A stretch of 64,000 nt of DNA from Camelus dromedarius (Eukaryota), in NCBI RefSeq assembly GCF_036321535.1, contig NC_087437.1:67830001-67894000 (forward strand), read 5' to 3'. Below are positions 37,697-50,600 of the stretch, piece after piece; the stretch's first letter is position 1; the number at the start of each line of letters is the position of its first letter. A program made the position numbers and the translations under genes. The notes under the pieces were generated by a model. That model had not been told where the DNA came from and searched no databases. It was given only the letters and a program-made list of their open reading frames with translations.

Positions 37697-40214
37697 TATA
37701 TTAGAATCCCAGAATTTGCTTGCAGAGCAATGAAGGAGGTGATTAGAATGGAGTAGAGCCCATTCTGGCTACTTAGTTCCTCTTTCCTCCCATCTCTTAA
37801 TCCATTTCTTTGGGGCCTGGTGGTCATCAGCAGGGAACAACACAGGTATTTATTTCATTTATTTCCAGCTATTTAAAAATAGTGCTTTCGAGTTACTATG
37901 TACAAGACCACTTGCCTTTTTTTCATTATGAACTTTATACACAACACATTTTTACTAAACTTTCCAATTGGGAGATTTCACTGTTCATAACTCAGGATCT
38001 TAATACTTTGTTTTTGGATCTACCTGGTGTTGATGCCAGTGATGTATTACTCCCAGGGGTCAGTTAGGGCAGTGGTCCAATGGCTGTTTGTACAGTATTG
38101 CCCAAATTATTAAAATTAGGGTTATTGCCATAAGTGTATTTGTACCAGAGTGATTTTGCTGAACTAAGCATTACTTAACATTTTGGGCTTTCTGAAGAAG
38201 TCATGTTTAGAATCCCATTTCAAACAAGAGAAGTCTTTCCATGTATGGAAGGCATGACTTTTGTGAGCAGTTAAGCTTAACATCTGATAATAATAGTGGC
38301 TTAAGTCTATCCTTTCAATATTATTAAAATTATAGTAAATCCAAGGGTTTTCTTTATAAACTCTGGTTTGTCTATTCCTGCACGTAATTAGAATTATAGA
38401 AAATCCATGAGAGCTGTGAATTTACAAACAAAAAACATTATTTGAATTATCTGCGAATTTTAGAATTAGTGAATTTCTTAATGGAGATGAAATCATATTT
38501 TGTGCATGTAATTTGACAGAAGTGATTTAAGGGGATTTGTGAGGAGTGCTCTAATTTGGAGTCTTCATTGAGTATGCAGGAGCATCAGGGAGTCATGAAT
38601 TAAATAAGATAAAGCATCTCAGGAGTGAGACAGTATTCTGAAGTCAAGTTCATTGTCAAGTGAATGTGGACTTTTAGAAACTACTCTACAGCTGTGCAGA
38701 GGTATTGATGTCCCTTTTCTCCCCATGGCCTGTCACATGGTAGGCCTTACTAAGTGCACAGGGGGAACTCAATTAGTCTTCTTTCCTTTACAAAAGACCT
38801 TCTTTCCTTTGCTATCAGAGGAAGCGGTGCGAATCCTTGGACCTAAAGCCAGTTACTCAACCTGTGGACTCCATCACTTTCCATCCCACCTCTTGGGGGA
38901 CCTTGCTGGTCCCCTCTTATCTGTACCCCTTATCCCACTACACTGCTCCCTAATGCAGCTCCTCTATATTCTTCCAAATAGAGCATAATACTGAGTTACA
39001 TGGTTTCCGTGAACACCCACATCATTTTCAAAACCTCATCATTGTCATCACCTAGTTTGCTTAATTAAGTAATTTGTTGACATAAACAGGATCTTTGGCC
39101 CAGAAGAAGCTGTAACAGATGGCGTCTAAAACCAAAAATAATCATTAACCTGTCCCATGGAAGGTGTGAAGCAGCATGTTTAGAAACAAGCGTGGCTGTA
39201 GGATGGCTGTTTATAAATGTCTGAGAAATGCATTCTTCAGACATTTATAGAATAAGGGGATAGAAAGGATGAACAGTGGGACAAAAAGGCAGCCAGATCT
39301 TCCTTTATCTTATGAGTGAAGAGCTGTGAGTTTTCAAGGTATTAAATACACTTAATTCAATTTACTGCCGTACCGTAGTATAATATATTGAACACAGAAC
39401 ATGTATTTCAATATGATTGTTATCACTAATATATTAAATATGATTACATATTGTGTATTTTATACTTACAACATTTAATCTACTGTAATATAAATCTTAT
39501 AACATATAATATTAAACATAAGTGCCGCCTTTGCAAAACCAAATGTGAATTGATTTTTCATTACCTATGATAGTGCTTATTTCTCTCAGGGTGGGTATCA
39601 AGATATTTCACTATTTTGTTTCTTATTTGGGTATGTAAAACTCTTTCTTTGATCCTCTTTTAACAGAGTCTGTAAAAGCTAACCCACATTTTCCTAATCT
39701 TGGACTAATATTTATATAAACATGAATGAAATTAAGAAAAATACCAACTTTAGGTCAAATTTTCCTGTGGTAAATAAGCACTGTGTTAGTACAAATTATT
39801 TTACATTTCATTTTTTCAGTTTGTACCAGTGTTAAGTTGTTATAGTAATATTTTCTCTTTTAGGTGTTAAATATACATAATTTGTAAGATCTATTCCCCT
39901 CCCAAATACATCCTTCAGTGTAAGCATCCCTTTAAAGATAGCACACTGATACTGATGTGGGGTTCTGGTACCACTGAGCATCGTGGCTCTTCATGGAAGC
40001 ACCTGGATCATCAGAACTGTCATCCCTTTTCTGAACTGCTTCATCTATATCGGAGATCTCAGTCTTAAGGTTGCAAAGTCAAATGTTTATTTTTAAAAAC
40101 AGGCTCCCTTAAATGAAGACAATTTAAACAATAAATACAAACTAATATATTGATCATCTGTATGCTCTCAGACACACTCTCAGGTCAAGCTTTCACAATA
40201 TAGACTAAGAATTA

Positions 40215-40440
40215 ATGTAACAGCAGATCTTTATTGAATGCTTTCCATAGAGTGGGGACTTCTATTATTTATTCCTCACACAACACAGCAAAACAGCCAT
40301 GATTATTCCATTTGTTCTTTTGGATGAAGAAGTTTGGTTCAGGTTTGTTGTGTGTCTTGCCCAGTATTACCCAACCAATAAGTGGTGGAGTCAGGATTTA
40401 ATTTTCAGTATGTCTTACTTCACAGCCTCTCTTAAGCATT
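40215..40440 (-). mobile_element. MIR SINE
   Basis: 'tttattgaatgc...attcctcacacaac...aagtggtggagtcaggatttaa'. Confidence 0.7.
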
Positions 40441-40924
40441 TCAATTAATGTTGTATCATTTACTTGAATTGCATGCATGTGTGGCTTGTGGGACTTTGAG
40501 TTTTTGTTTTTTGGGAACATATATCCCCTTACTCGTGGTGAAGTGATGGTTTACTTGAGGATGAGGCCTGGTCTTGGGATGTGATATCCCAGACTAACAA
40601 GGCAGGAGTGCCCAGCAGTGAAGTCTAGAAACATGTGTAGGTACACAGACAGCCTCCAGCCAGAGTCTATCTCTCCTGATCTTCGGTACTTTACTCCAAC
40701 AACATGAACCTGAGGACTTGATAGCCCCTAGCTGACTTTCATGAACCTCCTCTTTGAATGACTTTTAAGCTCCAGGAATTATCTAATTTTGATGCTCTTC
40801 AGAAGAGAGCAGGAGACTGTATTCAGTTACAAATGTGGAAAATGAAACCCATAAAATGGCTGTTGCCATCTTTCCTGTGTTCAGGCAGAGGATGGCTTGC
40901 TGATGTTCCTTGTTGAATTATTAA

Positions 40925-41135
40925 GCGTCTATAATACTTTCTAAGCCTTTCCTTAAAAATCTCATTTGATCTTCCCAATTTGTCTGCAATGGTGTGGACA
41001 TATTTGTACATGGAGAAACCGAGGCTCAGAAATATGTAATATCCCCCACTAATTATAAAGTGTAGAAGACAAGTTGGCATTGAAATCCCTGGTTTCAAGA
41101 ACACCATGGTGCATATTTGTTTCATTCCACCATGC
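40925..41135 (-). mobile_element. MIR SINE
   Basis: 'atctcatttgatcttccca...gtacatggagaaaccgaggctcagaaa'. Confidence 0.7.
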
Positions 41136-43569
41136 CACCCACATGATTTTAGTAGAAAAATACTGAAATTTCTTATATTTGAACATCAGGGACTTGCTGT
41201 GAGCATTCCCAGCACAAAATGATTCATACCATTATAAATAAACCCTTAAACCTAGGTTGGCCTGGGAGTAACACAGACAGAGGAAGGAACTTTTATCTCC
41301 ATATTTAAGGATGTAGGTGACAATGATCTTGCTTCAAAAGTGAGCTCAGCAACTTTTAATTTGATTAAAGATCCTTAAAACAATAACTCAATTATCATTG
41401 TGAACAAAGGGGATGAGTTTAGAGAAGCTACCTCCTTCCTCCATTTATCCATCCATTGATTACTTTTATAATGAATATTATTTGCTAGGCATTTTTCTAA
41501 GTGCGTTGGATAAAGCAGTGAACAAACAGAGCTATAATCACACAGTTAATCAATTACAATTATTATAAGTGCAATGAAGGAAATGGGGTATGAGGATTGA
41601 ATTTTTTAGCCTGATGTGATAAAAGCTTTCAAATATCGAAGTATACAAAGTGATACTGAATGTAGATCAGGTGACCATTGACTAGTTCTACTTGTTTGAC
41701 AAAACCACTTCTAACTGACAATGGGACATTCCCTAGGCCTCAGGAAGATCAAGCTGGACAGAATGTCATGTAATTCTACAGACTCTTCGACTGCCAGACA
41801 GTCTTTAATTCCTCTCAGAGGTAGAAGATCTTTTTCAGCCTACCTTCCTGCCCAAGTTAGAGTCAAAATTCTGTAATGTTCGGGTTAAAGAGCCTGTCTA
41901 AGGTTAAGCCAAGTGCAAGAGGAGGATTCTCTTCTCCAGAACTTTGCTCTGGGAAGATTGTTTAATCCAGAAGATCCAGAGTGGCAGCTCTTCCCCAAAA
42001 TTCATGAAAAAATAAATTACTGATCTCCTTATTTTGATTGACTCTCCCAAGGTAAATTTAGAATGAGAGTAGATTTGCATATCTGAGCACAGGAGTCTTT
42101 AAGAGAGGCAGAACTTTGGAAATACAGGTCATGTCCAGTGGCCTGGGAAACCACTAAAATAAAATGATGGCTCTTCTATTTAGCTTTAACATTATCTCTT
42201 TACCTTTACCTCAGGATGATTCACATGGAGTCAGATGTTGCTATGTTTGATTGTTGTATTCAACTAATGATGCCTTCTTTGTCTTGTCAGTAAGATAAAG
42301 AGATTCCCCTAATGACCAAAAAAAATTTAATTACATATATCAACTCTGATTAAGAAGGTGTTTTGGTATTTGTATTGCTGTTTGTTACTTGTCAAGTTCC
42401 CTAATAATGTCTTCATTTGTAGATTTTCTTGGAATAAAGATCCACAGTTCACAACAGCCTATCTCTTCCCAGGGATCAGTTCCTTTTTCATTTACATTTA
42501 ATTTTTTTTTTTTCATGCCATGTTTTCCGAGTGTTGTAATTAAAGTTTGTATGGAGTGGTTGGGTCAGATATAGCTGATACTCTTTCTCTAACGAAACAA
42601 GTAAAAGTGCACTGAAATCTAAACATTTTTGTAGACTGGACGTGGTCTCTTTTTGCTGGTACTTCATTTGTTGACGTTGTGCTGAAGCACATGCGTAAAG
42701 AAGAAAAGAAAAAGGTAAGATAGAATTGTTCTAGCACTCTACTTTCATGCAAACAGACTGAGGGTGTCTTCAGAAAGGGAGCCCTTTGGGCCAGGTGGTT
42801 GGACAGTGTTAAGGTCCCATTCATCATTCCTTCTTTGCCCAGCTGACCATCTGTGGTGATGGGTCCCTGCTCTCTGTTCTGTATAATTAGCTCAGCAGAA
42901 GACTGTGACTCACTCAGTGTACTTTGTGCCATAAATTCTTTGAATTTTCCATTCTTACTGGGAATTTGGAAAACTTCAGATTCCTTTGATCACTTTGGTA
43001 AATCCTGAAATTGCCTTCTCCAGTCCTGATTCCCAGTGTAAAGGATTGTTTAATCCTTTTCATGCCCTGCCTGCCCCTTGACATAGAAAGTGGCAAGAGG
43101 GGAAGAAGTGAGGGAAGTAAAGGTCTCAGACTTTGAGGGAATCATGGAGAGAGGGAGGCCCTCACACTTTCTCTTCGTTCCCCCAGTCCCTCATTCCCTG
43201 ACTTTTGCCAACTCACTCGCTAGAGCAGAGAGTGCTGGAGAAGGGAACTACTGGACCCTTGAATCAAGCCTCCTGGGTGGCAGCAACACGGTAAAGAGTG
43301 ATTGTTGGATTCCCAACAATTAGAGGAAAAAACAGCAGCATTTCCACTCCTGAATTCTTTTTCTGCCTAAGAACATTACTCAATGTCAGATCATCTCCAA
43401 CATTTACTTAAGAAAGAAGCCTGATTACGCAGAAGACTTGCATACCTCGAACCAACCTTCTGTGTTGCCAGGGAAAGAATTTGCCTCTGGTGATAATAAA
43501 CAGAATACAGAAAGTTCCTTTATTCAAAACTGTCCCCTCTACTTCTTTACCCTTCAGCCTGATATTTAT

Positions 43570-44560
43570 CTTCGAATTTACTAATTAACTGGTCAGTAGT
43601 AACCAAATGCTTGCTCTGTGCTATCATACTACATACTGTGGTTGAGTAGTGAACAAAACAAACCTCTTCACGTCTGTCCCCTGCCCCCAGCTCCCCACTT
43701 CTTAAAGTTTACATTCTGATCAGGGAGGACAGAAAATACACAAAAGAAAAAGTTAGTTATATGGTATGCTAGAAGTTAATTGTGAAGAAAAGTAGGAAGG
43801 AAAGGCTGGGGCAGGGGTAAGAGGGGAAGTTGCATTTTTTCAAAGGGAAATCAGGGAAGGTGACATTTAGGCAGAATCTTGAAGGAGATGAGGAGCAAAT
43901 CATGTATATATCTGAGGGAAAATTGGTCCAGGAAGAAGGGAAAGCTATGAAATGCTGAGGCCAGAGCATGCCTGGAGTATTCAAGCAACAAGAAGCCGGA
44001 GTGGAGGGCACAGAATGAGCAAGCAGGTGAAGAGAAGATGAAGTTAGAGAAATGGATGGATTGTGTAGGATCTTACAGACCATTGTCAGGACCTGTTTCT
44101 TTCTAGTGAGCTGTAGAGCCATTGAAAGGTTGTAAGCAGAAAAGTGGCATGCTCATAATTAGGCTTTAGAAGGATGATTTTGACGGTGGTGATGAAAGAG
44201 TAACCTGCGGGTGAGCACGAGCATCGCGAAGGTAGAGGCAATGTCATCCTCCTGTAGACATAGTTGGGAAGCTATTGCAGTAATACAGGTGGGATACGAT
44301 GGTAACTTGGACCAAAGTAGTAGCCGTGAGAGTGATGAGAAATGGTTAGATTCTGGATCCATGCTGAAATATTTCATGATGGCAGTACTTCATGATGGAC
44401 TGGGTATGGGACATAAGTCAGGAAAGGAATGGCTCCAAAGATTTAGACATAACATAGTTAAAATAATAAAAGTCCAAAGATTGTGGTCTGCGCAACTCAA
44501 AGAATGGAGTTAATATTAACTGATTTAGGACAAACCTACAGGTAGAAAGAGTTACTGGAG
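43570..44560 (-). mobile_element. L2a-like LINE, about 1 kb 3' portion
   Basis: 'ggtgacatttaggcagaatcttgaaggagatgaggagc...gagccattgaaaggtt...gctattgcagtaatacagg...ggttagattctggat'. Confidence 0.85.
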
Positions 44561-47500
44561 AGGGGAGGGGAGGGAAAGTGGTTGGAAAAGAAGAGAAGCC
44601 TCTGCCTTGATAACACTATATTGTGGATACATTTATCAGGCTAAGTTATATTTCATAAGTAAAATGAGAAAATTAAAAAAATTGATATGAGGAGGGGTAG
44701 GGGAGGGTAATTTAAGAGCATGGCTCTAGAGCCTGCACATAATAATTGTCATCGTAATGGGAGATTTGACACAGTGGACAGCACATGGGTCCCCTGCCCA
44801 TGAGACACCAAGGATGCTACTGACCTTGGATGACTCACTCATTCTCTCTGGATTTCCTTTAATTTTTTTGACTGCAAAATGAAGGCTCTTAATGTCTGTG
44901 AGGGATTCCTCTGGCATCTTCATGCCTAGAGACCCTGTAGAGGAGTGTGCAGTAGAAGTTAAGAAACTGTTTCACAGTTTTGCCCTCATTGATATACTAC
45001 CACTCTAGGACTTCACTGTGAAAAGGAGTCAGGGCCATTGTCTAGTTAACTAAATCAAGGCAGACAACCAAATTGGGTAATTTGATTTTTTCAAATCTAT
45101 TTTGGCATCTGTATTATCAAGTTGGGCCATCTGTCTTGATGAGATTAAAAGGATGATTTTAGATCTCCTCATTTTGTGTATCTATTACACACACTAGTAT
45201 TGCTTTTCAGAGAATATTTGTGCTTGAAGATGTGCTACTATGCACAAAGACAGGGAGTCTCTTGACATTTTGAAAATACATTTTATGATGTGTAATCACC
45301 TTTTGATGCCCTGTGGGATGTGATGAAATCTGTCTGGACCAGAAGTCAGAGGGTTCATCCCCAATATTGTGGCATGACCATCCTCTGGTATGAAGCATAC
45401 ACAAAGCTACACTGTCAGCTTATCTGTTAGAATGTGTGATATGTGTTAACTGTGGGACAAATGAAACAGGGCATCCATCCACCGTGTGCTTTGGGCCTGT
45501 GAGTGTGCCACGTGTTTGTGGCTGCTGTTAATTTTTCAGGTCTCCAAAATGTTGGCTTGAGGACTTTTCTTTGAAGCTATTTGTTAAGCTGTATGGGCTT
45601 GTGGGGGCAGATATGAAATCATTGCGTATTCTGCAGCGCTGTTGAAGTCCACATTTCTCTAGTGCTCTGATGCTGACATTCCAAGCACATAGCAGTTATG
45701 CAAGCATCGATTTTTACCATGAATAGGGTGGGGGTTTGAGCAACCACCTTGGTCAACAACCAGCTCTAAAGGAGATGTGAAACCCATTATTGATCCAGGG
45801 CTGAGAAATCAGTGACTGTTGTATTATATAATTATTGATGGAGCCAGAAAATGCCAGGGGCAAAGCACAACTTACTATTTGTTATGCTGGATTGTCTCTC
45901 GTCCGAGTCAGGCCTCCGTGTTCCGCGCTTGTGTTCCCATACCATGTTTATTTATACCATGTGCAGTTAGCTTTCGTATTTCTCTTGTGATTCCATCCTG
46001 GAAAAAAAATGAATACTGGTTTTCGTTCAGGGGCTGGAAGTGAAATAAGTTTTTCTAGAGACTTTAATGGGCCTAAGCTGAATACCAAAGTCTGGGCAGA
46101 GGGAAGATTGGGCTCCAAGAAAGACGATCAGAAGAGTGAAAAGAATCTCCTTCCATGTCTCACTGGTCCACATTCCTTTTTCCTAGCGCATTACCGAAGT
46201 GATGGTACAAACTACAGGTGATTGGTGTGCTCTGGTGGTGGTGAATATTGACTAAGCACTTCCTATTGTAAGGTCATGTAGTAGGTCCCTAAGGAAGGGT
46301 TGGAGAAGAAAGAAATTGAAAAGATAACGTGGTTGTAACCCAGCAGCTGAATAAATAGCTCCTGTGCAGTACTCCATAATCCTTTGTTCATTTCTACTCA
46401 CTGTTAGCTCCCCATCTTTCTTCCCTTCTTTCTCTTGGGTGTTCTTTGCTTTGCACTTATCAGCTACCTTACAGTTCCTAAATAAAAGACCCGCTTCTTT
46501 TATGATGAATGTATGTCTTTGATTCCACAGCCATATATCAAGTTCGTGAGCACAGAACAAATGTCTACTATAGACAGAAGGGCCTGTGAAGAAATCTTGA
46601 CCACTATCTAGCTGGTTCAATTGATATATCTCTGGGCTACAGAGAGATGGGGAGGCCATGGACAGTGAAAAGCTACCAGCACTTACAGGTGTTACAGTTA
46701 ACATTTGTCAACTGGCTTCTGGTCACAGATGGTTAGGGAAAATTATTAAATTGCGTTGAAGGAGTCAATCAAATGCTTATTTAACTGATAGCTGCCAGTG
46801 AAATTAGGGAGTTTGAATATGTCAGAAGTATCTTGTAAAGAGTTAAAGAAGAGAGAATTCTGAGATGAAATTTAGTTATTTAAAGTCAAACCACTAAGCT
46901 TAAGGCAGTCTAAATTAGATACAGGGGAAATAATTTCCTCTCTTTGGGCTAACGATACTGGAGTCATAATAAAAATACACCTTTATGGGCATGAGTACTA
47001 AAAACCTTCACTTATGAAATGCACATGGAGAAATTCAAATTATTTATTCTGTAATAGCTCATTTGAAATTTCTTGGAAACAAAACTTAATAAATGGAGAT
47101 TCTTCGATGCTAAATTCAGTGTTTTAATGTTCAGCTGTTAAAAGTGAGCTCTGGGGGATGAAAACCAGTTGCAGCTTCTGTCTGTGTTGCTTATGTATGG
47201 ATAGCACACCACCACTGTGTAATTCCTGGAAACAGTCATCCTCATTAAAATGTGAACTCTGCATACATCTATGAATACTTGTGGGTTTTATGGGAACTCT
47301 TTCACTTCAGAAACCATAGAGATATCTTCAGCTTTTATTATGTGCATTTAACTATTTGCATGAATTTTGTCTTATAAACACCCAGGCCTTAATCTTTAGT
47401 TCCTTGATTTGCTTTCTGTTTTGCTGTCCTGAATTAACTATTGTGGGATTGTTGCTTTTGAAACTTCTAAGATGAATTTTTCCTAGAGAGTAATTTTTTC

Positions 47501-48351
47501 TTTTATTCTGATACCAGAAATAAGAGAAAAAATCTATAATAAAATGTTAAGAAATCACTAAAGCCTCTGTTTAAGTGAAGCAAAAAATACATAAATTTTT
47601 CCTTATAGATTGTAAGAAGCTGGGCAGTGATAAAGGAAGAAGCAAATCAAATTGAATAACAACACATTCAAGAGATTTGCTAAGGAAAGCTTCTCTTAGT
47701 ATAGTGGACCCAAGTGTTTAGAACTGATGATTAAGGCAAGATACTTTGTTGTATACACTCACTTTCAAAACTCAAACTCAAACCCACAGGCGTAAGTTAC
47801 TTGCTTATAAGCCATCTCTTCCCCCTCAATTATAATCTCAGCCACAAAAATATTAAATATATGAAAGCTGACTTCAGTCAAACATTATTTGAGTATTTTT
47901 CCCTTTTCTGAGTACTCCATAAATTCTTTGTTGTATGTCTGTGTTAGTTTGGGTATCATGTAGGGTTTATCTGTGCATAAAGATGAATTTAGTGTAAGTG
48001 ATTAAAACTCCCACAGTTGACTCATTATTAAAAAGTAACCTAACCCTATTATAAGAAAGGCATTTTGGTCCTATTTCTAAGCTTTGTCAAATGCAAAAGG
48101 AAAAAATAATCAACATCTTTGAAAAGCAACTCGTCAGAGTTATTAATGAGGCAATTCTTTCTACATAAGGCATCATAGAAAAACTAATGAGAGAAAATGT
48201 GACAATAAATTGCAGACTACTTTAGATTGTGTGACATTTTATTAATAAAACAGTCAACTTCAGTGGGAAGAGATCGACTTTCTGTGCATTACAAATACAA
48301 AGTTCATACTTTATGTGCATTATATACCATCATGCCCTTTTATCTTTAACC

Positions 48352-48558
48352 AGGGACAGAGTCAGTTTTTGTGGACCCTGAGGTCTTCATAATTTTGGGA
48401 TCTGTTCCCAAGAAGAATAATTTTAAAAATTGCTTTTGAAAAATTTACAAAAACTGTGAACATGTTGTTAGGCCTATTCCAGGATCTTGGAAGGGGGCTG
48501 TGCTAGTGAAGGGCCCTAAAATATAAGCTTCATTGGCTTTGTTATAAATCTGATTGCA
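48352..48558 (-). mobile_element. Zaphod/MER115-like hAT-Tip100 internal-deletion relic
   Basis: 'cttggaagggggctgtgctagtgaagggccctaaaatataagcttcattggcttt...taaatctg' and the opposite end 'cagggacag...ttttgtggaccctgagg'. Confidence 0.65.
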
Positions 48559-50369
48559 TCTTCATTCCCTTACTTACATAATCAGAAGTTAATTTTTAAT
48601 ATCAGATATTAATATCATTTAGATATTAATTAGCCAATTAATTAATTCAACTGTGTGTTAATTGTATTAGGGTTACTCAAGTTGCTGTAGCAAATAGACA
48701 CATTTCAATAGCTTGACATAATTAAAATTTGTCAGGGATACACCTGAGAACAGAGTACCTGGGTGTCAGCCACTCTCTAGTGACATATCTCTATCATGAA
48801 AGTGTAAACACATATCTCCTGAAGACTGAGAATCTCTGTCACAGTCTTCTTTCCCCCACCTTTAGGACCTACTGTGTATCAACTACTGCACTGGGTCCTG
48901 GGGAGAAAATACTTTATCTGACATAGACTCTATACTCAGTGCTAACAGTCTAATAGTTGAGATGTTATGTTTACAAATGGCTCTAATGTAAGGTAGAAGA
49001 ATTAGTATATTCATGAGAGAATCCATATATTTGAAGAGGAATGATTGGACAATGCAATTTTTAATATTTTAGAAAACAGGTTCATGTATTTCACATGGTT
49101 GGAAGTTTCTTAATTCACTTAAAGCTTTATACTATAGGGGTTTTTGATTTATAATCCAGATTTAAAGCTTCTAGTATAAACAGACAGAATCGACAGCCAA
49201 CAATGGGTGATGTTTTCCTATATTTTGGTTTACTGCTGCTATATATACTTCAAAGACATAAGGAATATGAGTTAGGCTGGTGAGAAGGGAAGGAGAGAAA
49301 CCCCTTCATCTTCCTCATTCAGTTTTTCCATGATTTCCAGTTTCTCCTTTGCACCCTGCCTGTGGGATTTTAGAGCCATTTATGATGAACTACAGCAAAT
49401 TACACTAAGTTATAAAGGAACATCTTAGAATGAAGTATTGAAACAGGCTTTGCAGAGGAAACATACAAGTTTTTAAGCAAAGATTTTTCATATCCCCTTT
49501 GTTTAGCCAAAGCAAACATGCCCTTGGACAAATAACAGAGTACTTACATAAAATCACACTGTTAAAGGTCCACACAGCAGTTCTTCCTCTTCTTGATTTT
49601 CAGTTCTCTCTCCATCAGATGTGTACAGAAGCCTGGGTTTGGAGTGGGTGCTTCCCTGACCAAATGTGCAGAAGCTCCTTGGCTAGGTCATGGTTATCTA
49701 TGTGTGTTGGGTAACTGAGTTCACAACTAGTTGCTTGTTCAGAACACCTGGCTCCTCACAGATCACTCCAGACCTTGAGCAGACCCTGGAGGGAGGCAGG
49801 CTGGGGAAGTGAGCAGCATGGTCAGGGAGAGAAGGAGGAGAGGAAGGGAGGTGACTGCTCACCAAGCCTGGCTCTCACTATGGTCTTTATTGTGCATTTG
49901 GGACTTAAATCTTAGAATGGGCATGACGTATTGGTGCAACATGATGAGCATGAAATCTGGTGGGGGAAGCCCTGGCAACAGCTCATCCATGGAGATGGCA
50001 TCTCCTTACTCTTAGGCGTTCTTAGTTATGGCCAAATTCCTCCAAAGGATTGAGAGATGTTGATATGTACCCCTCGGTTTGTTTTGGGCAAGGGGGAAGA
50101 TGATGAATAGCATGGACTAAGTAGATTATATACACTCAGCTGAATGAACTGAGATAAAGGGAAAAGCTCAAAGCTAAGTAGGAAGTGGAGTCAGTTGTCC
50201 AGCCTTTGTCCTTGGATCAAGGCATATGGCAGGCAAGGAGTACTGGGATTAGGGTCTTGGAGCATAGCCTTTTGGATGGTGTGTAGGCAGATGATTTCTG
50301 AATGGTAAGGCTCAGGTGCTCCATACTCTGTACCCCAGTTAATATTACAGCCCATTGGTAGACAGAAAA

Positions 50370-50600
50370 AAATCACCATTGGAAGACACTGGATTTGAGG
50401 GAGTAACATAGGCTTTGGATTCAGGCCTGGACTCAAATGCCTATTGTGTCATTTAATAGCAGTGTGACAATTGACACATTTCTTAACTTGGCTAGCCTTT
50501 GGTTTCCTTCTCTGTAAAATGAAATTAATGGTTCCAATCTTGAGAAAGATATTTGAGGATTAAATGAGTTAATGTATTTGCACCTAGTGGTGACTCAAAA
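50370..50600 (+). mobile_element. MIR SINE
   Basis: 'ggctttggattcaggcctggactcaaat...tctgtaaaatg...tgaggattaaatgagttaatgta'. Confidence 0.8.

Noticed and set aside
39930..40080. Minus-strand open frame LCNLKTEISDIDEAVQKRDDSSDDPGASMKSHDAQWYQNPTSVSVCYL as an exon
   Set aside because: No recognisable homology, a weak acceptor and no convincing donor.
49940..49992. SECIS-like or C/D-box-like structure (ATGATGAGC...GCTCATCCAT)
   Set aside because: There is no 3' GA for the SECIS quartet, no D box (CTGA) at a suitable distance and no selenoprotein context.
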